A stretch of DNA of 54,695 nucleotides, the filler included, from Circinaria calcarea (Eukaryota), in assembly GCA_051942165.1 (NCBI GenBank). It is 5 parts of 5 records of this genome, joined end to end, with 100 filler letters (N's around TTAATTAATTAA, not from the genome) between each part and the next. Parts side by side here need not be neighbours in the genome. Positions count along the whole stretch, not along the records: positions 43,848 to 54,695 come from JAVECS010000753.1; 4 more parts are not named here. One strand, written 5' to 3'. The notes under the pieces were generated by a model. The model made no database searches and was not told the DNA's origin. It saw only the letters and a list, made by a program, of their open reading frames with translations. Shown here piece by piece: positions 44,916-54,695 of this stretch (position 1 is its first letter; every line of letters starts with the position of its first letter). A program made the translations under genes and the position numbers.

Positions 44916-47677
44916 TCAAGTGTTCCTCCGAAACAGCGCCGGACTAGGCACATCTGGGGGTGGTGGAATATCGCCAGTAGCCCGCGGCGGCGAAGGCACA
45001 ATATCACCCGCAGCGCCTGGCGGCGGTGGCGGCGCGCTCTTCCCGCCCTGAAAGTACTTTGAAAATTCCTTGTTATCCTCAAACGGCCTCTTGCCCAGGA
45101 TGCGGATCAGGTCATCACGGCCCAGAACCTCCTTGGTGAGTAACTCCTCCGCCACGAGCCCGATCTCCTTCTTCTTCTCGGTCAGGAGATCTTTGCATTG
45201 CTTGTAGGCTTCGTCAACAATACGGCGCACCTCTTGATCGATATTGCGGGCGGTTTCTTCGGAAAAGGGTTTGTGCAGTTGCTGTTGGTCTTCTTCAAAG
45301 TAGAGGTAGCCAATTTTGGTGGACATGCCCCATTTGGTGACCATGGCCGTTGCCATGCGCGTAACTTTGTTGAAGTCGTCACTGGCACCGGAGGTAACCG
45401 TGTCGAAGTGTAGTTCTTCGGAGACGCGGCCTGCAAGGGTCATAGCCATGCGGTCCATGAGTTGGTTGACGTTCATGAGGTAAGTATCGCTAGCTGGAAG
45501 GTATTGAGCATAGCCGAGGGCACCTTGGCCTCGGGGGATGATGGAGACTTTGAGGAGAGGGTCAGCATATTTAAAATACCACCCGCAGATGGCGTGGCCG
45601 GCTTCGTGGTAGGCAACGGTTTTTTTATCTTCGGGGCTAAGGACGAGGGATTTCTTTTCGAGACCGCCAATAATCCGTTCGATGGCTTGTTCAAAGTGCT
45701 TCATGGCGACTGTGGTTGCGCTTGTCCGTGCGGCTAGGAGGTGTCAATAAGGACTATTAGAGAGCTACGGGAGAGCTTACCTATGAGGGCGGCCTCATTG
45801 ACACAGTTCGCAATGTCCGCTCCTGAAAAGCCTGGTGTCAATGCCGCCAGTCTGCCAGTCAGGTACTCCATATCTTCGCTGGTAACAATCTTCTTCAAAT
45901 GGACCAAGAAGATCTGTTTCCTCCCGTCCATTGTGGGTTTGTCGATGGCAATATGTCTATCGAAACGACCAGGCCTCATCAGTGCTTGGTCAAGTACATC
46001 AGGTCTGTTCGTCCCTGCCAGTACCACCACCTGCTCCGATGTGTTGAAGCCATCCATTTCAGTTAGGATTTGGTTGAGAGTTGCCTCCCGCTCATCGTTA
46101 CCGCCGCCAAAGTTCTGCTTGCCCCTTGACTTGCCGATAGCATCAATCTCATCAATGAAAATGATGCACGGAGTACTCTTCCTTGCGTTGGCAAATAAAT
46201 CTCGTACACGGGATGCACCAACACCAACGAACATCTCGATGAATTCTGAGCCACTGACGCTAAAGAAAGGGACGTTCGATTCGCCGGCAGTAGCCTTTGC
46301 TAGTAATGTTTTACCAGTACCTGGAGGACCTGACAGGATTGCACCTCGAGGTATCTTGGCTCCCAATCTCTGATATTGGCCGGGGTCCTTCAGGAAGCTA
46401 ACAAACTCCATGATTTCTTGCTTTGCTTCATCCATACCCGCAACGTCCTTGAACCTGATCCTCACAGCTGTCTCATGATTGAATTTCTTAGCCCTACTCT
46501 TCCCCATACCGAATATCCCACCGGCACCTCCACCGCCGCCTCCCCCTGCCCGTCGGGAGAAATAGAATATAAAAGCGATGAACAGGAGCGTTGGTGCAAA
46601 TGACAGGAGAGTTGCTGCTAGAGGTATTTCGTTTGTGTAGGCTACGGGTATTCGTTCGGAACTTGGAATGCCAAGTTCCTTTTGTGCATCATCCAGCTTA
46701 CGTTCCAATGCCTCCACTGACCCTATACTGAAATAATAATGGAAATTATTATGAACGGCTGGAGAATCAGGATGCATCTGAGCGACAGCTTCTCGATGAA
46801 CATCGACCCGTACTCGGGTATGATTGAACACTGTGAGTTTCTCCACCAAGCCCTTGTCCAGGAACGACGTCCGGAACTCTTGCCATGTAATTTCTCTCGA
46901 ATTTTCGCTTGGCATCATCGTCCTGTACAGAATGTACGCAACAAATGCTGAAATAAGAACTGTTCCCGTATCTAGTTTGATCTCGGGTACTTTGAAACCT
47001 TCTGGATCTTCGGAGCTCTTCTTCTGACTTTCCTCCCTGGACCATGAGGACTTGTCACTTTTTTGCTCCTTGCCATCCTCAACCTTATTTACAACAATCT
47101 TCTCCGCTTGCTGCCGGGCCAACTTATTCGTCAATCTGACTAGCTTTGCAGCAGTTGCCAGATCTAGAGGAGCACCGTCTTTGAGATGGCTTAAGATTTC
47201 TCTAATCTCGACTGGTACTCCATCTCGCTTGATCTCCTTAAAGGCTTGTTCGACATCCTTCGCCATGCTGGCAGGTAGACCTTTCTTAACTGTTGACAAA
47301 AGCATATCTAAAGTCTCTTGCTCCTCTTTGCTTAATTTCGAAGCCTTGGGACTCCGACTTGGCGGCGGTGAAAGAGGACTGGCGCTACTGTAGGTATGTT
47401 CGAAGCCTTTTGCCGGCTTCCCAGATTCGTTCGGTCCATCCTCGGCTACCGGTTTGTTCGTACCCTCGGATTCCGTATCATGTTTATCTTTGGGGCCCTT
47501 GGGATCCTTTGGATCTCCCGGATTAACAGTAGCATATGTCCGTGACCGGTAGGCTGCAAGGTGTGAACGATGTTGCGTGGAGATACGGGCAGAGAATGGT
47601 GACAGTCGGTTCGAAGTTTTTAAGCTGTAGCGTGATAACCTGACAAGATTACTTGACCGTCGTAGGAACGTGGTCAT
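44916..47677 (-). CDS. AFG3: Mitochondrial m-AAA metalloprotease subunit (Afg3/Yta10/Yta12, FtsH family); one intron approx. 45734-45781
   Basis: Presequence [41 protein letters not shown], Walker A GPPGTGKT, Walker [27 protein letters not shown] and zinc site HEAGH. The AFG3 versus YTA12 assignment is uncertain. Confidence 0.93.
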
Positions 47678-48321
47678 GATCGAGGGAGGAAGCGGTTTTC
47701 GGTGCCAAAATCTTTGTGCAGTCGCCCCTTCTCTGCTGGATATGAGTTCAAACCTAAGGGGGTACTGGGAAGACACTTGGTTATGGCTGCTATGCGTCAG
47801 CCTGGAACTCCGCTATCAAACTGCATGCGACACCGGCTTTGGAACGGATTTGCCTCACCACGACAAAGTACATATGACGACGAATGGAAGTATGAATTTC
47901 CATGCGGATGACTCGAATCCCCGTTCCGCAATCACTAGTGACTAGTGTATATTTTTCGGTACAGGTAAGCCCGAGCCGTAAAAATCTTGCTAGATCAGGA
48001 TAGGAAATAGGTAGTAAGGTGTTTGCAAAAGGGTATCCTCACAGTAAAGATCAATACGGAGCATTAACACTACTGCGCCAGGCTCTTCAGAAACAAGGAT
48101 GAGAGTCATATCAGCATTACGATTTACTGTCGGCTTATTCACCACTGACCTTCCACCGAAGATGGGCGGAGATATCAAAGCCGCTGCATGTCCAGATATC
48201 ATGAACGAGGGTGTAACCGGCTCCGAAGTAATGACCATGAACCTACGGAAATACGGTGAAATATTCTATCGTATCCATTAATCAACACCACAGTTCCCAA
48301 GTGACTTTATGACCTAAAACC

Positions 48322-51045
48322 TTATGACTGGGCCATTTTTCCCATGCCTCTCAACGTCCCCAACGTGAAGCCCTCATCATCCTCTCCCTTCTCATCCCAG
48401 CCGTTCCTGTTGTCCCCGTCCTTTTTTTCTTTCCCCTTTCTTTTTCCCTTGCCCTTCTCTTTCTCTTTCTCACTGCCTTCCCCCCTCTCATCCCCAAACA
48501 AGAAGCCAGTCTTCCCCCTCGTGGCACTTTCACGCTTCTTTTCGGGAGGAAACGGGGACGCGGATACGAAAGAGGATTTACGCTTGTCTTCGCCTAACAT
48601 CCAGGAGAAGGAAGATTGAGCCAGTGAAGGGCGGGGTTTGTAGGGGCTAAAGGAGGGAAGGTGAGGAAGGGGAGGTTTTGATTGGACTGGAGCGGGTAGT
48701 GTTGCGGAGTCGGTAGTCTGCGGTTTGTCGTCTGAAGGTAATGGGGTCAAAGTGGAGTTTGGGTTTTCTGTTGAATGAGAATCGTGACACTCGACGTTGG
48801 CATGATCGTGCGGAATCTCTATACTCTCCCCTGCAGTCCGGATATCCGAGGTTGAGATTTTCGGCTCGTTAGGTGATATGCCATCGACAACCAGTGCCGG
48901 CAAAGGAGATGTCTGTGCCTGAACATCGGCTTTCTCAACTGCAGTTTCAGGAAGTAGAGGCATGGAAGAGTCCTCTAGATAGACTTGAACGAACTGAACT
49001 TTCGCAATCGCAAGGCTGAGGGCATCTGCGGCGCTGTCTAAATTCTCTTTGCCAAGTAAATTTTGTTGGGTTGAGAGATCAGTCATGGCGTTATCAAGCA
49101 TCTTTGCCAAAGTCTGATTACGATCCTCAAGAGCCTTAATCTTGGCATTGAAATGGTTAGAACTGCTCGCAACTCTTCTCCCCTCGTCCAATGACCATCG
49201 GGTACCCTCAGGTGCTCGGCGAGGTGAGCTGTTACCAGACTGCAGTCCTTGAACTGCCCCACGGATGGCCTTGGTTACTCCCCATTTCTCGCCCCTATTG
49301 TATACACCTTTGGCTGCCTCCTGCAAATATCTCTCAATGCCTCCTTGCTCCTGCAGGAATCTAGCGGGTGAAAGTACGGGGGTATTCCATGAGCTCATTG
49401 ATTCTCGATCCATATGTACGGCGTCAGTCTTCCTTTTACCATATCCTAATAAAGAAGGGCTTGAGACTCGGTTATTAGTGTGCGTGGTTGACTTGACATG
49501 TCTTCCAGAATACTTAAAGATGATCCGTTCCCCGCCTTGGATCGAGAGATCCTGACGAAGATGAATTGCATCATCGACAAACGTTGGAGGACCATGCGTA
49601 TCCGAGGGGAGCGGGTATCGTAATAGAAGGGTCAGTGCTGAGCTGTAATCTGCCTCAATGACTATTGGACACGATAAGCACCTGCTGTACAAAACGTGCG
49701 GTTTCCCCAAGCTTACGCTGCCACCTAATCCGCAAAAGCATAGCAACACAGATAAGATCGACCAAACGCAGGGTAGCATCTTCTGCAAAGAGTACATCCC
49801 ACAGACATAGCACATCGTCGAACGGAAATTCACGACCGAATAAGAGGCGGATCCATCGTCTGTAAAAGAGTATTCCGTCAGTTTCAATAACCCTCCCTAC
49901 GCCCTAAGAGCTGCTCGGACGAATACCGTCCAATGGTACACACGTAAAATCAACTGCTATACCTTCAATGCACGCTAAAATAGAGGGAATATTTCCACAA
50001 CATTCTGCGTATTATAAAAGAAAGCTATACAGGTACTTACATAAGAAATATTTGCGGTAATACCTCCACAGCATTTAAATGTTCCATGAGTTCTGGGTCC
50101 GCTCTCCTTAGATATTCTTCATGAATCCGCTTGCTACGTTCAACAATAGGAGAGTTGTTAGCACTAGTCAAGGTCGACTCTTGACCACCACTACCCATCT
50201 CGTAGAATGACTTGGCATTTTGCATTACTATGCAGAAGAGAGAGAAGGTATCATGCTCGATATATTCCTTATCAAGAGCCGTTTTTAGGAGATCGTCTCC
50301 ATCCAACTCCCCTTCCATATCCTCGTTAAGGCCGTCGGGATCGATGGCATCCCTGGACACTACCCAGAGAATAGGGGCAAGGATCTCATGCATCCCTTGC
50401 CGATATCCAGTGTCTACATTAAGTTTGCAAAAGATAAAGAGTATGTCGAGAAGGATGGACTGAGTTGTAGGCTCACGGAAGTATAAATTTTCCGGCATGC
50501 AACGCTCGACATCTTGGAGGATTTCGGCTCTGAGGATCTCATCGTGGCGTAAAGTATTCCATGGTGACTTTTAATGGCTTAGTGAGAGGTCAGACGGCTT
50601 CCATTACAGCTTCAAGCTGTTTGAACGTGGGTCTCTTACTGTCTCATCATCTGTCAGAGGGTCGACGGTCGGGAGGTCTTCGGGATGCTCAAGGTCTCGT
50701 AGGAAGTGTTGCCTAAGGGCTGCATATGCACTGCGGGAATCAAGTAGTGTCTTTAACCAGGTCGACCTGTCGAGGTTTTCGAAGAGCAGGAAGGCCTACG
50801 GGTTGATCTCAGATAAGCCCTGGCTATACATTTAGGGCATGGAGTGTTTACCTTCCAGCATATCGACCGTAACCCTTCAGTGCAGGGACCACTTCGTCCC
50901 TTACTTTTTACTGCGGCTCTGAGGTCTGAGAGGTTGGAGTTATTGGAGAATGTCAAATTCCATCGACTTCTAAGACCATTGTCAGATGGAACGTCTTGTT
51001 ACTGTACATTTATGTAACCCACCGCGACTCTGCCAGCGATCTCAT
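48322..51045 (-). CDS. TBC-domain Rab-GAP, TBC1D5-like; multi-exon
   Basis: GLRSICWK, DPLTDDETSPW, EILQDVERC (arginine finger), GYRQGMHEILAP (glutamine finger), PQIFLIRWIRLLFGREF and C-terminal RPSLAQSSFSWMLG. Confidence 0.87.
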
Positions 51046-51410
51046 TGTCCATAAAACCAAACATGGACGTTAAACACATGTGATGTTGGCTTCAGCGATG
51101 TCGCGTAGCATTGACGAAAGTTTTTCTCCCTCGCTGACAAGAGCCCCCCCCTAAATGTATATGATGAGAGATCTCAACACAGTAACAAATACCGAAGGTT
51201 ACTAATTTACTACTTCGTCAACACAAAAGCAAGTTGCTTCTAGGCAGGACCGCTGCTTGATGAGCGTTAGTTTATGGTGCTTCCCTTCCTGTCAAAGAAT
51301 CTCCATGACAACCTTGGGCCTGGTTTAGGAAAAATCCGAATCTGGTATCTACTTCTACGTCTATGTAAGTGCGAGGATAACATTAGTCGAATGAAGATCT
51401 TTTTGCAGCT

Positions 51411-53006
51411 ATGTCATTTAACTTATGGAACGAGTTTGTTGATGATACTGGAGAGCCTTCGGAGAATCCCTGGGCAAAAGCAGTCTCCTCCAATGGAGAA
51501 TTTAATGGTACAGATCGAACGCAAACGAGACCATTTGGTGCCATGCAATCTTTCCAAACCACTGAAGGTTGGAACGGCTCTTATAGCGGACAGACTGAGT
51601 GGCGTAGCTCTGCCTTCATGAATGAGGTGCCGCCTCCGAGAGATATTGAAACAAATTCTAGTCCTGGTACTGAAACTTTGTGGGCTACTTCACATTCGCA
51701 TACAGAAGAGCTTCCTCCATGGCCAGTCTCCGAAGATTTGAGTCGCATGACTAGAATCTCTCCTATTTCTTCACCCTGTCATGGGAAAGCTCAAGATGAC
51801 GATTTCGGGGAGTTTGAGACACCCAACTTGCCTGAGCCCTTTTATGAAACGGCCCAAAAGGATCTTCCCCTAAACACCTATAAGGAGGTGCTGTTCGACC
51901 AAATGGAGAAATCTCAGGCTGGGGCAATCTCACCATTGTACAGCACAATGCTATCCCACCAAGAGGACGATCCATATTCAGATATCGATAAGTTGGATAA
52001 ACCACTCCGGCATCAACGTCTTAGATCGGAATCGCAAAATGCAGACATATGTTCTTGGGGGCCTCCGCAAGTAAACAAGACGGACAAATCTCTTACGGGA
52101 TTTCCACCAGTATGGAGCAGGCCTTTACAATCTATAGATAAGAGCTTAGACGTTTCCTACGGAGTTGGTGAGTGGGGAGAGTTCTCACCAGATTCACCTA
52201 CCAGTTCAGATCTCAAGAAAGGAGTGCTTTCTGTGAAAACCGGTAAAGGCCAATTGTCAATGACAACTTCACACTCACCTTCATAATCGGTGCCTCGAGC
52301 TGAAGGCAAAGAGGATTCGGAGAAATGGCCAGTCTTAAAGGACTGAGAAGTTAGCTCTATGCTGCTATCTAATGTACCTCCGCCATCGATTCTTATTAGT
52401 CACATGTCGACACTGGTACCGAAGCTCCCAAGTCAAGTTGAAGGTGTAATGTTACGATCATCTGAAGGCCAATTCTCCCAAGAAGTCCTAGAGAAAGCGT
52501 TACGTGGGTGTATTGCTTCCCTTAGAGTATCGGCTCGCATCCTCGCCGGGCGTAAGGTCAGATGGAAGCGCGACAGCCACCTGTCTCAAAGTATGAAGAT
52601 TGGACCGGCTCAAGCCGGTAAGAAAGGAGGTATGAAGTTGACTGGTGTGGACAAAGCCGAGACACAGCGGGAAGATCAGGAGGTGGCAGAGTTCGTACGA
52701 ACTTGGAAGCATCGCCTGGGAAGTATCCGAGCTGCTCTGGCAACCGTGAACGGCCAAGTTTCCGGAAGTCCACTGGTGTTACCTGAAATTTCAGAAAGGA
52801 TGGTCATCCATGTGGCAAAAGCTAGCGAAGGGTCTGTTAACTCTTCGAAAAGCTGCGCCCTGTGTGGTCTTAATAGGGAGGAAAGGATAGCCAAGGTTGA
52901 TATGGATGTTTGGGATGGCTTCGAAGAGTGGTGGTCGGACTTTTGGGGACATACAGAATGTCGAACATTCTGGGAAGAACATGAAAGATTCCTTCAGCAA
53001 CGTTGA
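51411..53006 (+). CDS. Conserved Pezizomycotina hypothetical protein (DDDFGEFE/WGEF motifs; C-terminal Cys/His domain), interrupted by in-frame TAA and TGA (intron or pseudogene)
   Basis: ORFs 51411-52286 and 52359-53006 are in the same frame. The C-terminal part has NVPPPSILI, ARILAGRKVRWKRD, GGMKL, CALCGL.REER..KVD and EWW..WGHTEC..FW. Confidence 0.65.
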
Positions 53007-54243
53007 ATCATATTGTGGCCAATAAGATGAATGGTATGCACGTCCTAAAGCTACCTAATTCTTCAATGCCCTTGCGGAAGAGCAGACGTGACGACTTTCC
53101 ACAGGCTACTTGGATAATCAATGGTCTTGTGCTTTCTAAACCGGCCACATTGCCTATACCAAATGTCCTTTGCACTTTGAACTGATATCTTACTGTTCCA
53201 AGAAAAGCTAGAAATTGGTCTCAACTGGCTATACAGGGTCAAGAGCAAGTTGCAGGCGAAAGTATTCATACAACAAAGGCTTCAATATATACACCGCAAA
53301 GCCCGTTGGTCTGTGGGTTAACCGCTTGATTATTGGGGTGGAGATGAGGCAGTAGGTGAAGCATGCTTCTGGCTAGACAAATCTATGATTGTCTTACATT
53401 CGAGATAAAAAGGAGGGGAGAAAGATGCGGACCATTTTGGGTGAGGGTAACAGAAAGAAGATTGTGGGCTATTTAGGCGGAAGAGCTTGGGCAGGGTATC
53501 AACAGAGGATTGCTCTAGTATTTCAGGCTCTTAAGGCCCTGACAAACAAATTGCCCATATATCCTTTTCTTGTGCGACTTTAGTAGTCTCAGTCCATCTG
53601 TATCCAAAGTAGAGTATGATGATGGGGAAGTATCTACATCTCCGCATGGCCGACTGCTGACTGCTGACCCTGCGACTTGCCCCACCTTTCCCAAATCCTC
53701 CCAAGATCGTAGAGCCGATTCCTGGTCATGAAGACAGAAGACATACAAAGGCCAACCAAACAATTGCAAGACTTCATTGCCCGTTATCACCTTCAACGGC
53801 AGCATACTACTTTCAAGGTTCCAGCAAACCACATTTCATCCGTCTGAGGCCAACCCATCCACTCTTCTACCCCACCGTCTTTCCCCGTTAACCCCGACCC
53901 GTTAGAGTACTTCCGCCCCTTGGCTCTTTACTCTATACGAGGCTCCTTCAATAACCGACCGAGGTCTAGACACTGTTCTGGAATTTCGGCAAGACAAGGC
54001 TCTACTCCCGAGCCCGTCAAAACCCGCCATCGAGGCTCTGCAGGACAAACTCCTTAACCCACCCATAAGCAACCCAGAGGCACACAACAAGCTTCGCCCC
54101 AACCCACCTTCTCCATCTCCGATCTCACCGTGCCATCATCCCGCTTTCTGGAGAATCCACTCTCCTAGACCTACCCTTTCCCCATCATCTGGCCGCTCAA
54201 CTCCCCGACCCCCACCCGCGGTAGAACCAAACACCACAGGACG

Positions 54244-54663
54244 ATGGGGCTCGCCTACAACGTCTACCTCAACTCCGACCGCATCTACGGCTGCAAGAAC
54301 TGCAAGACCCACCTCGCGAACCATGACTCCATCATCAGTCGGGTACATGCTCCCCTTTCCCCATCCAACCTTCATCACCCCTCATCCGAACCAAAAAAAA
54401 GTACTAACCTCTCTCCTCCCCACCCGCAGAGTTTCCGCGGCCAGCACGGCAAAGCCTTCCTCTTCGCCTCGGTCGTCAACATCACGCAGGCCGAGGCTGT
54501 CGAACGAAGCATGACGACGGGCCGGCACTTGGTCCGCGACATCAGCTGCCGGCAGTGCAAGGAGATGGTCGGCTGGAAGTACGACAAGGCGTACGAGCCC
54601 AACGAAAAGTACAAGGAGAACAAGTATATTCTCGAGGAGGAGCTGCTGTGTTCGGTTTATTAA
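54244..54663 (+). CDS. MOH1: Yippee/Moh1 (YPEL) zinc-binding protein; exons 54244-54342 and 54430-54663
   Basis: YGCKNCKTHL..SIISR/SFRGQHGKAFLF..ERSMTTGRHLVRDISCRQC..VGWKYDKAYE..EKYKE. Intron GTACAT..TACTAAC..CAG. Confidence 0.93.
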   Translation: MGLAYNVYLNSDRIYGCKNCKTHLANHDSIISRVHAPLSPSNLHHPSSEPKKSTNLSPPHPQSFRGQHGKAFLFASVVNITQAEAVERSMTTGRHLVRDISCRQCKEMVGWKYDKAYEPNEKYKENKYILEEELLCSVY

Positions 54664-54695
54664 GGTTTTGGGGGAAGGGAGAGGGGGAGGGAGTC

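Noticed and set aside
45741..46373. 210-aa antisense ORF over the AFG3 ATPase domain (likewise 2125-2652 over eIF5B and 26545-26997 over GAA1)
   Set aside because: These are shadow ORFs on the strand opposite conserved genes, explained by codon bias, with no independent motifs.
47678..47776. N-terminal extension of AFG3 in the ORF track
   Set aside because: It begins at GTG; the ATG at 47677 directly starts a typical mitochondrial presequence.
48099..48281. 60-aa ORF between AFG3 and the TBC gene
   Set aside because: It is short, has no recognisable motif and lies in the expected 3' UTR/promoter interval.
9847..51045. Two TBC Rab-GAP genes (and several mitochondrial genes) as a functional cluster
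   Set aside because: They lie on different contigs whose adjacency is artificial.

Overview
Filamentous ascomycete (Pezizomycotina) nuclear DNA with short spliceosomal introns (GT..CTRAC/CTAAT..YAG). The window is not one locus. It is five contigs (1-10867, 10968-21829, 21930-32788, 32889-43747, 43848-54695; 10867/10862/10859/10859/10848 bp, i.e. sorted by length) joined by artificial 100-nt N44-TTAATTAATTAA-N44 linkers, so adjacency across linkers means nothing. Content is mostly housekeeping. Contig 1: eIF5B, an Mms1/DDB1-like propeller protein and a Gyp8-like Rab-GAP. Contig 2: Cdc11/Nud1/SepK SIN scaffold, Rho4, Dad1 (absent from the ORF track) and a decayed GMC oxidoreductase. Contig 3: complex I NDUFA9, Rpn9, Gaa1, Efm5 and a Ytp1-like membrane protein. 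Contig 4: Dna2, the oxodicarboxylate carrier, an ankyrin protein and tRNA ligase Trl1. Contig 5: m-AAA protease, a TBC1D5-like GAP, a conserved hypothetical gene interrupted by two in-frame stops, and Yippee. I found no rRNA, tRNA, CRISPR array or recognisable transposon, and no clearly new biological system is demonstrable from sequence alone. The best leads are (i) a possible mitochondrially targeted long isoform of tRNA ligase, (ii) a compact septation/mitosis neighbourhood (sepK/cdc11 head-to-head with rho4, then dad1) and (iii) the stop-interrupted conserved gene. Gene identities come from recognised motifs and exon boundaries were inferred by hand; no database search was run.
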